64,000 nucleotides of DNA from Hyalangium minutum (GCF_000737315.1 NZ_JMCB01000008.1:525980-589979), one strand, 5' to 3'. Positions 1 to 9,660 are shown, counted from the stretch's first letter. Notes: a model not told the origin generated them from the letters alone. Made by a program: numbers and translations.

Positions 1-76
1 GATCTGCGCGGCCTGTTCATCGTGCAATAGCGGCGACGGCCGCTGGGCCCAGCCAACCTTGCAGATGCTCCAAGCG

Positions 77-100
77 GCGGGTTCGATTGCCGTTGCCTCC
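77..100 (+). repeat. Degenerate tmRNA 3'-end copy (att-like remnant 1)
   Basis: GCGGG-TTCGATT-GCCGT-TGCCTCC: T-arm plus acceptor strand with mismatches; preceded by TCCAAGCG as in the copy at 24248. Confidence 0.5.
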
Positions 101-205
101 TGGCCGGAGTTCATGGGTCCGCTATCAAACATCCGGCCAGTCAAGCGCCTCATTCAACTCGCGCCTTTTGCCCGAGAAACTGTTGGACGGAAACAAGCAG
201 GCAAG

Positions 206-441
206 ACGGAAGACACCGAACAGGGGGTCGGCTCTTCGCTTGGAACTGGCGGTGCCGGTCTCCGAAACTGCGATGACGAACACATCCAGTGTTGTTCTCT
301 CGCGTCGACGAAGCGATTGACTGGATTAGGACTCACAAGGCTGAAGTGGCACTCGGAATGGTCGTTATCATTGCCGGAACCGCCTTCGTCATCACCACAG
401 GCGGCACTGGCGCGCTGATTCTCGCTCCTCTTGCACTCTAA
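206..441 (+). pseudogene. Internally deleted myxobacterial Cys-rich lipoprotein (toxin-like) remnant
   Basis: Frame 2 gives TEDTEQGVGSSLGTGGAGLRNCDDEHIQC; frame 1 then gives FSRVDEAIDWIRTHKAEVALGMVVIIAGTAFVITTGGTGALILAPLAL-stop (TAA 439-441). This is a C-terminus I recall from myxobacterial lipoproteins; the frame switch implies a deletion. Confidence 0.5.
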
Positions 442-453
442 CCTGACACGCCA

Positions 454-831
454 ATGACCTATAACTCAAACTTCGACATTGACGCCGTCATGAAGACCGT
501 TGGTACAGTGGGAGCAAAATACCCGGAGGGTACGCCGGAAGACGAGGCGCTCCGAATTGTCTCGCTGGCGTTGCTTTACGTTCGCGACATCCAGAAGTTG
601 GATGACTACCGTGAATATTTCCGGCGATTCTTCACCTACAAGCCTGTGACCATTGCTCAGACATTCGCGACAAGAGACGAAGCGGACACGTGGCTCGCCA
701 GCGGAGAAGCAAAGGACGGCGATCTGGTCAAAATCGCTGACCAAGGGTTCATCGTGATAGATGCGCTCAAGGGGTTGAAGTTCGTGCCGACGCGCCTGCC
801 GGAGGAACTGGCACCTCCAGGTTCGCAGTAG
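454..831 (+). CDS. Hypothetical protein, probable partner/immunity gene of the upstream remnant
   Basis: 125-aa ORF starting 12 bp after the remnant stop; soluble helical composition. Confidence 0.7.
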   Translation: MTYNSNFDIDAVMKTVGTVGAKYPEGTPEDEALRIVSLALLYVRDIQKLDDYREYFRRFFTYKPVTIAQTFATRDEADTWLASGEAKDGDLVKIADQGFIVIDALKGLKFVPTRLPEELAPPGSQ

Positions 832-927
832 GCCACGCTCGGGCGGTGCGGGCTACTGAGGTGGGCATTGCAGACCGTGTACGCGCGGCCCGCAAGTTCT
901 GGCCGCTCGCATCCGTGAGCGGCTCCC

Positions 928-998
928 CCCTGGTGGCCGCATGTACCCCCCGTGTGCCCCTCCAGCGGGGAATTGAGGGGTTTTGCTTCCGCCTTGAT
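928..998 (+). repeat. Shortened copy of the shared att arm
   Basis: Matches both ends of the arm at 18513-18668 (GGCCGCATGT..CCTCCAGCGGGGAATTGA and GGGGTTTTGCTTCCGCCTTGAT) with the middle missing. Confidence 0.75.
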
Positions 999-1023
999 GC
1001 GGGTTCGATTCCCGCCGCTCCCA
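999..1023 (+). repeat. tmRNA 3'-end copy (att-like remnant 2)
   Basis: GCGGG-TTCGATT-CCCGC-CGCTCCCA; no 5' half of the RNA upstream. Confidence 0.75.
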
Positions 1024-1087
1024 AGCAGAGCAACCCGCCGCTTTCAAGGCGCCGCCCTCTGAGAACGGCGGCGGCGCTCGCATTTTC

Positions 1088-1124
1088 GGGACCAAATCCG
1101 GTTTTTGGGACCCCAAAAGGACCA
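1088..1124 (+). other. GGGACC short direct repeats, possible integrase arm-type sites
   Basis: GGGACC at 1088 and 1107, GGACCA at 1119, 65-100 bp downstream of an att-like core. Confidence 0.35.
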
Positions 1125-1213
1125 AGCCGGAGACGGAAACGACATGAGCAAGACGTGGCTCGGCAAGTGGAAGCGTATAGGCGGGATACGCCTGGCTAGA
1201 CAACGCGGCCACC

Positions 1214-1859
1214 ATGAGTGGCCAGGTCATCATCCGAGACCTGGGGCTGGATGGAAACTCCGCCAACAACACCACCGCCGAGACGAATGGCATGGTGTTG
1301 CTGGCCGACAACGCTGTCGTGGAGAACACCCAGATCTTGAACATGCGGGGCTCTGGAATCCAGCTGACGAGCACCAACCGCGCGGGCACTCCAGCGAATG
1401 CACTCTCAAGCTCCTTCCCCACGCTGGGAGGGCGCATCGCGAAAAATGTCATTTCGAAGCCGGGCGGCCACGGCATCCTCATCAAGGGTGTGGACTGGCT
1501 CGTCGAAGTGCTCGACAACCAGATCGATGGCACCGGCCTGGATGGTATCGTCCTGGACAGCGGTAGCGTGTGTGTGGTGCGCGGCAATGACCTCTTCATG
1601 ATCGGCAAGAATGGGATCGTCACCAAGGCCCATGTGTTCATCACCACCGTAAAGTAGCCTCACCGTGATCGGGAACACCCTTGATGGCGTGGGGGGCACT
1701 GGGCTTGGGAACAATGGCCTTCATTATACCTATGGTGTCGCTCTTTCGAGCACTGGGACCTGGATCATCAAAGATAACTTGATTAACCATATCGGAAGCA
1801 TACACACGCCGTATTTGAAGACGTACCAGAAAACAGATTCGGAATGCAGCAGTTTCTAG
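1214..1859 (+). pseudogene. Right-handed beta-helix (pectin-lyase-like) protein fragment, frameshifted
   Basis: Repeated I/V-x-x-N-x-I..G-x-G-I patterns (VENTQILNMRGSGIQL, VLDNQIDGTGLDGIVL, VRGNDLFMIGKNGI) continue in a second frame (IGNTLDGVGG, IKDNLINHIG); no clear N-terminus. Confidence 0.55.
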
Positions 1860-1941
1860 GCAGCGCGCCGCCAGGCATCAGACATCCTTCCATTCAATTT
1901 CTCCATGCACTTTGAGTAGCTCGCCAGTATAGCGTGATGAC

Positions 1942-3384
1942 ATGAACCGATTCGCCGTCACAATGTTAGTGGTTACGCTGTCCGCGGGGGTGTGCGAGGC
2001 GTTGGGCTCCAGCCCGCCAGGCTACAGCGTTCAGATAACGCGCGCTGGCCTCGACCCCCTCATCAACGGCATTGCCAACCTGTCCGAGGCGTACGCCAAG
2101 AAAAGCCCTGCGCCGGACGCCACCATGGACATCTCTAACGTCCACTTGATCTTCAAAGGGATGAGCATCAGCACGTTGGAGCGGCCGGCGTTCGTGTACA
2201 CGTTGCAAGCACCGAACAAGCTCCTCACCAAGGTCACCTTGCCCAAGGTCATCATCAAGGGCCTCTTTCAGGCGTCGCGACGGACGCAATTCGAGACGCA
2301 AGAAGATCAAGGCAACGTCGACTTCACCCTGGTCAACGCCACGCTCACGCAGTCCGTCACCCTCGGCACGTTCGAGAACGGCATCCTGAGAGTCGACCAA
2401 CGCGACTGCAAAGCGACCCTCGGTTCGACCAACGTGGCCATCCAGAACAACCAACAATCATTCTCGGCCGATGCAGTCAGGGCAGCCGCCCCAGCGGAAC
2501 GGCAACTGCTCGCCACGAATCTGTGCAACGTGTTGACCCAGCTGCTGACGAAGAAAGTGGACAGGGCCCTGGCTCAATTGCCAAGCGTGTTGAGCTTCAG
2601 CAACAACGTGTCGTTGAAGGGGCAGCTCACGCCGGCCTTCACAGTCGACTCTGTCAAAGTGAACTTCTCCGAAGAGAGCATCACCGGCTTCGCCAGTGCC
2701 TGGGCGCCGGTCCTGTGCGACACGAGCGTGGCAGGCAGTCCGCAGGCCATCCTGACCGTGAGCGACGTCACGTTCAACAAGCTCTTGTACCTGGATTACA
2801 AGAGCGGCCTCTTGAACTTCACCCTCTCGCCGTCCAGCGCGCCCATCCTGTACCAGAAAATAACGTTGGACTGCGGCGAGTCCGGCGTGTGCCTGGGCAA
2901 CGTGGACAAGAAGTTGCCCGAGCGCTTCGGCAAGGACGCAAAGGTCGAGCTGCAGATGGAAGCGCCCATGGCGTCCACCCTCGAATTCAAAGAGAGCAGT
3001 ACCGCCATGACGGCCAGCTGGCGCGCCACTGTCTACATCACGAAGAATCAAGAGGGCGCCCCCCGGACGCTGGTGGCCAGCGGCGCTGTGTCCGCCAGCG
3101 GGCCGCTGCAAGCGAACATCCAAGGCGAGAAGGCCTACGGCAGGGTGAACATCGCGGAGCTCAAGCTCAAAGTCGATCAGCCCGAGGTGCAATCCTGGGA
3201 TCAGGACGCCCAGAGCCTGTTCAAGGACATCGTCCAAACCTACATCAACGATTTCTTCTTGAAAGACGGACTCTCGTTGCCGTCGGGACTGAGCGTCGAG
3301 AACGCGAGCATCAAATTCAGCCCCCACTGTGGGAAAGCGCCGTTCAGCTTGGACTACACGGGAATCTTGAGCAGCGAAGAATGA
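1942..3384 (+). CDS. Secreted BPI/LBP/CETP-family (TULIP) lipid-binding protein, two domains
   Basis: Signal peptide. PPGYSVQITRAGLD parallels BPI PGVVVRISQKGLD; RDCKATLG and NLCNVL give the conserved N-domain Cys pair; ILTVSDVTFNKLLYLDYKSGLLNFTL parallels the BPI C-domain start; 480 aa is full-length BPI size. Confidence 0.7.
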   Translation: MNRFAVTMLVVTLSAGVCEALGSSPPGYSVQITRAGLDPLINGIANLSEAYAKKSPAPDATMDISNVHLIFKGMSISTLERPAFVYTLQAPNKLLTKVTLPKVIIKGLFQASRRTQFETQEDQGNVDFTLVNATLTQSVTLGTFENGILRVDQRDCKATLGSTNVAIQNNQQSFSADAVRAAAPAERQLLATNLCNVLTQLLTKKVDRALAQLPSVLSFSNNVSLKGQLTPAFTVDSVKVNFSEESITGFASAWAPVLCDTSVAGSPQAILTVSDVTFNKLLYLDYKSGLLNFTLSPSSAPILYQKITLDCGESGVCLGNVDKKLPERFGKDAKVELQMEAPMASTLEFKESSTAMTASWRATVYITKNQEGAPRTLVASGAVSASGPLQANIQGEKAYGRVNIAELKLKVDQPEVQSWDQDAQSLFKDIVQTYINDFFLKDGLSLPSGLSVENASIKFSPHCGKAPFSLDYTGILSSEE

Positions 3385-3413
3385 CCCAAAGAGAGCGCTC
3401 CGAGGCCATGCTG

Positions 3414-3836
3414 CTATGGGGCGCGCGGCGCTCTGGCCCCAATGTCTTGCCCCATGGCACGGGACATCGGAGGGTTGCGCGCGGCGGCCCGCAGCGTCAC
3501 TCTCTTGCCCACGGGGGTGCCCTCGCTGTCCGAGCGCTCGGTGGGAATGGGCAGGGCGTAGTGACCATCCACGCCGCTCACCGCGACGCCCGCCACGGCG
3601 GTCCCGTTGATGTCCAGCGCTGTCACCTCCGCGCCCGCGACTGGCTGGCCTGAGAGGAGATCGAACACCTTGCCCTCGACCTGCACCGGCGCGAAGCACT
3701 GGGGGATATCCTTCCCGCGCACATGCTCACAGACGAGACCGGACGAGCATGAGCGTGGATCATCGAGTCTGCACTCGGTGTTGCCGACACAGGCCATCAG
3801 CAGTGCTGCAAGGGCCGGAATGATTCGCTTCAGCAT
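3414..3836 (-). pseudogene. C-terminally truncated lipoprotein with carboxypeptidase-regulatory-like (transthyretin-type) domain
   Basis: Lipobox LLMAC, Cys-rich start, VEGKVFDLLSGQPVAGAEV..DGHYALP motif; sequence loses coherence after RVTLRAAAR. Confidence 0.5.
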
Positions 3837-3948
3837 TCAGGAAGTCTCCTGGCATGAAGGGGCTCGAACGACCCGATCTGGCCCTGGTACTCCGGACGAA
3901 GGCAAGCGAAGTTGCCCCCCAGACAGCAGGCCCACTACTGTCGGAGCT

Positions 3949-6630
3949 TTGGTCTTCCAAAGGACCGCACGCGTGCGACGCTCCTCTCTCAGCCCTCGGC
4001 TCTCCCCCGCATCTTCCTCTTTCCTGGCCGTCCTGGCCCTGCTCGTCGCGGCTCCCGCCAGCGCGCAGTGGACTGCGGGGCCTGCCATGGCGGGTGCCCA
4101 CTCGCAGGGGGTGGCTGTCACCGATACCAACGGCCGCATCCACGTGATCGGCGGCAGCAGCACCACTGCCAGCGAGACCAGTCTTCACGAGGAATTCAAC
4201 CCCGCCACCAACACCTGGACCAGCCGCGCCCCCTTGCCCACCGCCAGTCGTGGCATGGGGGCCTCCCTGGGACCCGACGGACGCATCTACGTCTATGGTG
4301 GCTACAGCGGCACGGGCGCCACCGGCGCGTTCTACGCCTACAACCCCAGCACCAACGCGTGGACCACCCTGCCCTCCATGCCCACCCCTGTGTGGATGCC
4401 TCGGGGCGACTTCGCCTTGGACGGAAGGCTCTTCGTCTTCGGTGGAGAGAACAGCTCGGGCACCCCTCTCGACACGACCCAGATCTACAACCCCTCCAAC
4501 AACCTCTGGACCCTGGGTTCAAGCATGGGCCTGGCGCGCAAACAGCATGGGGTCTTCCGAGGCTCGAGTGGGAGCCTCTACGTCGTGGGCGGCCAGAACG
4601 CCAACGGCGTGGCGATCAGCTTGGTGTATTCCTACACCCCCTTCACCGGTACCTGGAACGTCGGCCCGAGCATGCCGGTGGCCATGAACTCCTTCGGCCA
4701 GGCCCTCTCGGCAGACCGCACCCGGTTCTTCGTGCTTGGAGGCTCGAGCAGCAACGGCAACGACAGCGCGCCCTACTTCAACAATGTCTACATGTTCAAC
4801 GAGGAGACCCATACCTGGTCGAGCCTCACCCCGCTCACCACGGGGCGCCGCGACCTGGCGGCCAGCGTGATCGGCTGCCGGCTGCGTGCCCTCGGCGGCA
4901 CCAACGGCACCCGCCTCGCGACCCATGAGGTGTTCCAGCTCACCGGCGCGCCAGACGACAATGGCAATGGTCTACCGGACTACTGCGAGAATGGGGCGGA
5001 CAGGGATGGCGACTCGGTGGCGGACGCCAACGACAACTGCCCTACCCTCTCCAACCCGGATCAGCGCAACACCGACGGTGACAGCCAGGGTGACGCGTGC
5101 GACGCCGACGATGACAACGATGGGGTGCCCGACACCACCGACAACTGCTCGCTGGTGGCCAACGCCAGCCAGGCCAACGCGGACGGCGACAGCCAGGGTG
5201 ACGCGTGCGACGCCGACGACGACAACGATGGGGTGCCCGATACCACCGACAACTGCTCGCTGGTGGCCAACGCCAACCAGACCAACACGGACGGAGACAG
5301 CCAGGGTGACGTCTGCGACGCCGACGACGACAACGATGGGGTACAGGACACCGTCGACAACTGCTCCCTGATCTCCAATTCGAACCAGACCAACACCGAC
5401 GGAGACAGCCAGGGCGACGTCTGTGACGCGGACGATGACAACGACGGAGTGGCGGACGTCACCGATAACTGCTCCCTCCTCTCCAATCCGGACCAGCGCA
5501 ACACGGACAATGACAGCCAGGGTGACATCTGCGACGCCGACGACGACAACGATGGGCTGCAGGACACCGTCGACAACTGCCCCCTGATCTCCAATTCGAA
5601 CCAGACCAACACCGACAGCGACAGCCAGGGTGACGCGTGCGACGCGGACGACGACAACGACGGCGTGGCGGACGCCACCGATAACTGCTCCCTCCTCTCC
5701 AACCCGGATCAGCGCAACACGGACAATGACAGCCAGGGTGACGTCTGCGACGCCGACGACGACGGCGATGGGGTGCCCGACACCACCGACAACTGCGTCC
5801 TGATCTCCAACCCGGGTCAGGCTGATCAGGACAACGATGGCCGAGGCGATGTCTGCGACAACGACGGCGACAACGACACCGTGTCCGATGCGCAGGACAA
5901 CTGCCCCACCGTCCCCAACGCGGACCAGACCGACTCGGATGGCGACAACCAGGGCAACGTTTGCGACCTGGATGATGATGGCGACGGAGTGGCGGACGCC
6001 ACCGACAACTGCTCGCTCATCGCCAACTCCGACCAGCGCAACACCGACGGAGATTTTGACGGTGACGTGTGCGACCAGGATGACGACAACGACAGCATCA
6101 CGGACAACGGGGACAACTGCCCCCTGGTGGTCAACACCGACCAGCGCAACACCGACGGCGACAGCACGGGCGATGCCTGCGACAGCGACAGTGACAATGA
6201 CGGGGTGCCTGACACCACCGATAACTGCGACTTCGTCTCCAACGCCGATCAGGCCAACGCCGACAACGACGCGCAGGGCAACGCTTGCGACTCGGACGAC
6301 GACAATGACACCGTGGCCGATGGCTCGGACAACTGCCCGCTCACCCCCAACACCGACCAGGCCGACAGCAACAGGAACGGCAAGGGCGACGCCTGCGACG
6401 TGGACAACGACACCGACAAGGACGGCATCGCCAACGCCGTGGACAACTGCCCCCAGGTGGCCAACCCTGACCAGGCGGACTCCGACACGGACGGCAAGGG
6501 CGACGCCTGCGAGGGCGACGGCGAGGGCGGAGGTTGCGGCTGCGGCGCGGGCCCTACCGGCGCCTCGAGCCTGATGGTGTGGGCGCTGGCCAGCCTCGCC
6601 CTGATGGCCCGTCGGCGCTTCGTCCGCTGA
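3949..6630 (+). CDS. Kelch-repeat + thrombospondin type-3 repeat surface protein with MYXO-CTERM (start uncertain)
   Basis: Signal peptide FLAVLALLVAAPASAQW; Kelch GG..Y/W repeats; 14 DNC..DxDxDxxGDxCD units; C-terminal GGGCGC-hydrophobic-RRR sorting motif. Confidence 0.85.
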   Translation: MVFQRTARVRRSSLSPRLSPASSSFLAVLALLVAAPASAQWTAGPAMAGAHSQGVAVTDTNGRIHVIGGSSTTASETSLHEEFNPATNTWTSRAPLPTASRGMGASLGPDGRIYVYGGYSGTGATGAFYAYNPSTNAWTTLPSMPTPVWMPRGDFALDGRLFVFGGENSSGTPLDTTQIYNPSNNLWTLGSSMGLARKQHGVFRGSSGSLYVVGGQNANGVAISLVYSYTPFTGTWNVGPSMPVAMNSFGQALSADRTRFFVLGGSSSNGNDSAPYFNNVYMFNEETHTWSSLTPLTTGRRDLAASVIGCRLRALGGTNGTRLATHEVFQLTGAPDDNGNGLPDYCENGADRDGDSVADANDNCPTLSNPDQRNTDGDSQGDACDADDDNDGVPDTTDNCSLVANASQANADGDSQGDACDADDDNDGVPDTTDNCSLVANANQTNTDGDSQGDVCDADDDNDGVQDTVDNCSLISNSNQTNTDGDSQGDVCDADDDNDGVADVTDNCSLLSNPDQRNTDNDSQGDICDADDDNDGLQDTVDNCPLISNSNQTNTDSDSQGDACDADDDNDGVADATDNCSLLSNPDQRNTDNDSQGDVCDADDDGDGVPDTTDNCVLISNPGQADQDNDGRGDVCDNDGDNDTVSDAQDNCPTVPNADQTDSDGDNQGNVCDLDDDGDGVADATDNCSLIANSDQRNTDGDFDGDVCDQDDDNDSITDNGDNCPLVVNTDQRNTDGDSTGDACDSDSDNDGVPDTTDNCDFVSNADQANADNDAQGNACDSDDDNDTVADGSDNCPLTPNTDQADSNRNGKGDACDVDNDTDKDGIANAVDNCPQVANPDQADSDTDGKGDACEGDGEGGGCGCGAGPTGASSLMVWALASLALMARRRFVR
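5032..6510 (+). repeat. Coding tandem repeat, about 14 x 108 bp (TSP3 units)
   Basis: 36-aa unit DNCxxxxNxDQxxxDxDxxGDxCDxDDDNDGxxDxx repeated. Confidence 0.9.
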
Positions 6631-6780
6631 GACCTGAGCCCTGGATGGGGCCTTGCTCACAAGCCCAGCCCTCTGACATCCCCCTGCTGCGAGGACAGCC
6701 TGGGCAGGGGTGTGCATCATTCTCCTGCTCGCCAGCTCATTCCTTCCGTGGGGCCATCCCGGCCCCTCGAAAGTGAAACC

Positions 6781-9072
6781 ATGCCTACCCTCCGGCGTCT
6801 CGCCTACCTAACCGCGGTGCTGGTCTTTGCCGTCGCCTGCACTTCCGAGCCCACCGGCTCCGTGCAATTCATCGCCTCTGTCCCTCAGGCCCTCTCCGCC
6901 AACGATGTCACCCGCGTCAAGGTGACCGTCTCCGCCGCGGATATGTCTTCCCTCGTCGTCGAGATGGCACCGTCTCATGGCTCCTGGGGCGGACTCATCG
7001 GCAACATCCCGGCTGGCTCCAACCGCTCCTTCCTCGCCGAGGCCTTCGACTCCTCCGGTATCAGGCGCTTCCAGGGCCAGAGCTCTGGCGTCACCATCAC
7101 CGCCAACCAGACCACCGCCGTGGCCATCACCCTCCAGGAGCTGGCTCCCCCTCTTCCCTATGCCAATGAGGCTCCCGTCATTGACTCCCTGGTGGCCTCC
7201 TCCACCTCTGTCCAGGCCGGTTCCGCGCTCTCGCTGACAGCCACGGTTCATGATCCCAACGCCGGAGACACCCTCACCCTCGCGTGGACTGCCTCCGGTG
7301 GCACCTTCACCGCCCCCACGGCCACGAGCACCTCCTGGACGGCTCCTTCCTCTGCAGGCGTGCAGACGCTCACCCTCACGGTGACCGACTCCCAGGGCGC
7401 TGCCGTCGCCGTCTCTCTCGCCGTCAACGTCCTCTCTGGGGCCTCCACCGGTAACGCCGCCGTCAACATCTCCTTCAACCTCTGGCCCACTGTCTCCAGC
7501 GTCTCGGCCTCTCTCCACCGCCTGGATGCAGGTCAGTCCACCACCGTCTCCGCCCATGCCTCGGATGCCGATGGCGACGCCCTCTCCTACCAGTGGGCTG
7601 CGAGCTGCCCTGGTACCTGGACGAATGCGGCTTCCAGCTCCGCATCCTTCGAGCCTTCCTCGGTTCCGGCCGGCGTGTGCAACAACTGCCGGCTCACCGT
7701 CACCGTTCAGGACGGTCGCGGCGGGCAGACCACCGGCTCGCTCCACCTCTGCATCGCCTCCTCCTCTACCCAGCGCTTCGCTCCGTCCTTCACTCACTAC
7801 TACCAGTCCGCTACGGCCGCCTCCCCGGGCCAGACCGTGACCTTTGACGTCACCGCCCTGGACCCTCAGTCCAGTACTCTGACGTTTGCCTGGGCCTCCA
7901 ACACTGGCTCGCTTGCCTCGGCCCAGCACACCGCCAACACCAGCCATGTTGTTTGGACGGCACCGGCCTGCGTGCAAACAGGTGTCACCCCCACCGTCAC
8001 CGCTACCGTCACCAATGCCTACGGCTTGCCGGCCTCCAAGGCGTTCTCCCTTTCTGGCCTGCCGACGTGCGCGGCCGACTGGACCGCTTCAGGCTCCATG
8101 TCCGTCGCCCGCCGGTTCCACACCGCCACCCGGCTCGTCTCCGGCAAGGTCTTCGTCACGGGAGGCGACGATTCGTCTGGCTATCACACCGCCGCGGACG
8201 TGTTCGATCCGGTCACCCGTTCCTGGTCCGCCGCGGCCCCCATGGCCGTGGGCCGCAATGCCCACGCCGCCGCCCTGCTCGCCTCCGGGAAGGTCCTCGT
8301 CACGGGGGGCAACAATGCTGGCGCCCTTTCCACCGCTGCGGTGTACGACCCGGATACCAACTCCTGGTCCGCGGCCACCTCCATGACCACGGCCCGTTTC
8401 CACCACACCTCCACCCTGCTGCCCTCCGGCAAGGTGCTTATCGCGGGAGGCCTCAACTCGGCTGGCGGCCTTGCCACCGCGGCCCTGTACGATCCGGCCA
8501 CCAACTCCTGGTCCGCGGCCGGGTCTATGGCTTCGGTCCGCTACCAACACATCGCCACCCTGCTGCCCTCGGGCAAAGTGCTCGTCACCGGGGGCCCCGG
8601 CTCTCCCCTTGCCGCCGCGGAGGTGTACAACCCGGCCACCAATACCTGGGCCTCCGCCGGTTCCATGGCCACGGCCCGCCAGCTTCACACCGCCACCCTG
8701 CTCTCCTCCGGCAAGGTCCTCGTCGCGGGAGGTGATCAGCCTGGCCCCCTTGCCTCCGCGGAGGTGTATGACCCGGCCACCAACTCCTGGTCCGCGGCTG
8801 CTCCCATGGCCGTGGGCCGCCGGGCTCACGCCGCCGCCCTGCTGCCCTCTGGCAAGGTGCTCATCGCGGGAGGCCTGGGCACCAACAGTCCCATGGCTGC
8901 TTCGGAGGTGTACGACCCGGCCACCAACTCCTGGTCCTCCACCGATTCCATGACATCGCTCCGCAACTACCACACCGCCACCGCGCTCTCTTCGGGCGAG
9001 GTTCTCGTCACGGGGGGCTACACGGCCCTCCACTCTGCCGTCACCTCCTCCACGGAGCTCTACAGGCCCTGA
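6781..9072 (+). CDS. Lipoprotein with Ig/PKD-like domains and C-terminal Kelch propeller
   Basis: Lipobox FAVAC; Ser/Thr-rich beta-sandwich repeats; six HTATLLxSGKVLVxGG..YDPATNSW repeats. Confidence 0.85.
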   Translation: MPTLRRLAYLTAVLVFAVACTSEPTGSVQFIASVPQALSANDVTRVKVTVSAADMSSLVVEMAPSHGSWGGLIGNIPAGSNRSFLAEAFDSSGIRRFQGQSSGVTITANQTTAVAITLQELAPPLPYANEAPVIDSLVASSTSVQAGSALSLTATVHDPNAGDTLTLAWTASGGTFTAPTATSTSWTAPSSAGVQTLTLTVTDSQGAAVAVSLAVNVLSGASTGNAAVNISFNLWPTVSSVSASLHRLDAGQSTTVSAHASDADGDALSYQWAASCPGTWTNAASSSASFEPSSVPAGVCNNCRLTVTVQDGRGGQTTGSLHLCIASSSTQRFAPSFTHYYQSATAASPGQTVTFDVTALDPQSSTLTFAWASNTGSLASAQHTANTSHVVWTAPACVQTGVTPTVTATVTNAYGLPASKAFSLSGLPTCAADWTASGSMSVARRFHTATRLVSGKVFVTGGDDSSGYHTAADVFDPVTRSWSAAAPMAVGRNAHAAALLASGKVLVTGGNNAGALSTAAVYDPDTNSWSAATSMTTARFHHTSTLLPSGKVLIAGGLNSAGGLATAALYDPATNSWSAAGSMASVRYQHIATLLPSGKVLVTGGPGSPLAAAEVYNPATNTWASAGSMATARQLHTATLLSSGKVLVAGGDQPGPLASAEVYDPATNSWSAAAPMAVGRRAHAAALLPSGKVLIAGGLGTNSPMAASEVYDPATNSWSSTDSMTSLRNYHTATALSSGEVLVTGGYTALHSAVTSSTELYRP

Positions 9073-9192
9073 GCCTGGAAACGCCCTCTGATAACGCGTG
9101 TTTTCGATCGCGGGGATTGCGGCGAAGCGCGGGATCGTCCACGGCTGGGGACTCTCCGTCCGCCGCCGTGGACGGTTTGTGGTTATAGGGGC

Positions 9193-9549
9193 TCACCGAC
9201 GCACCCCCGCTCGCGTGAGGGCCTCAGCCAGGGCCTGGGCAGCGTCTCCCACGGCCTCCAGAGCGCGAGTCCCCTCAAACATGCTGCGCATGGCTTCGTC
9301 GTCGCCCACTTCGATGGAGAGCAGCTCGCAGGCAGCAACGGCCATGCTGAAGTTGTTGAAGGCCAACTTCACGGCCGCCGGCGTGTTCCCTCCGTACTCA
9401 GCGGCGATTTCCGCCACCGCCAGGTACCAACACTCGGTGGCCCGGCGCTGCGCCTCCCATGCCTCCCGGTAGTGCCGAGCCGCCTCCTTCAACTGCTGGG
9501 CCGCGTTCCGGAAGTTCGCCTCGGCCTTGTTCAGGTTGGGGGTGCTCAT
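9193..9549 (-). CDS. Hypothetical helical protein, possibly phage/element derived
   Basis: 118-aa Ala-rich ORF with ATG start, next to a tRNA fragment. Confidence 0.55.
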   Translation of the reverse strand: MSTPNLNKAEANFRNAAQQLKEAARHYREAWEAQRRATECWYLAVAEIAAEYGGNTPAAVKLAFNNFSMAVAACELLSIEVGDDEAMRSMFEGTRALEAVGDAAQALAEALTRAGVRR

Positions 9550-9610
9550 TCCGCGTTCGCCCGCCGGGCCTTGGCAATAGCTTCCATTGTTTTTACGAGG
9601 GGTTGCGAAG

Positions 9611-9660
9611 CACGCCGAGGGGGACTTGAACCCCCAACCCTTGGCTTCGAAGGCCGATGC
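9611..9660 (-). tRNA. tRNA-Arg(TCG) 3' half only (att-like remnant, not a functional gene)
   Basis: Minus strand GCATCGGC-CTTCGAA-GCCAA-GGGTT-GGGGG-TTCAAGT-CCCCC-TCGGCGTG: anticodon arm, T-arm and acceptor 3' strand; no D-arm or matching 5' acceptor strand upstream. Confidence 0.75.

Noticed and set aside
999-1023. Complete tRNA or tmRNA gene at any of the seven cores
   Set aside because: No D-arm or 5' acceptor strand and no tag-peptide region upstream; only 3' fragments are present
5032-6510. 108-bp repeats as a CRISPR-like array
   Set aside because: They are in-frame coding repeats with no constant repeat and unique spacer alternation
4972-6720. 582-aa minus-strand ORF and similar long antisense ORFs (e.g. 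6808-7977, 40261-41634, 42377-43825, 48738-50378, 52485-54299)
   Set aside because: Shadows of well-supported genes on the other strand, expected from high GC3; no independent motifs
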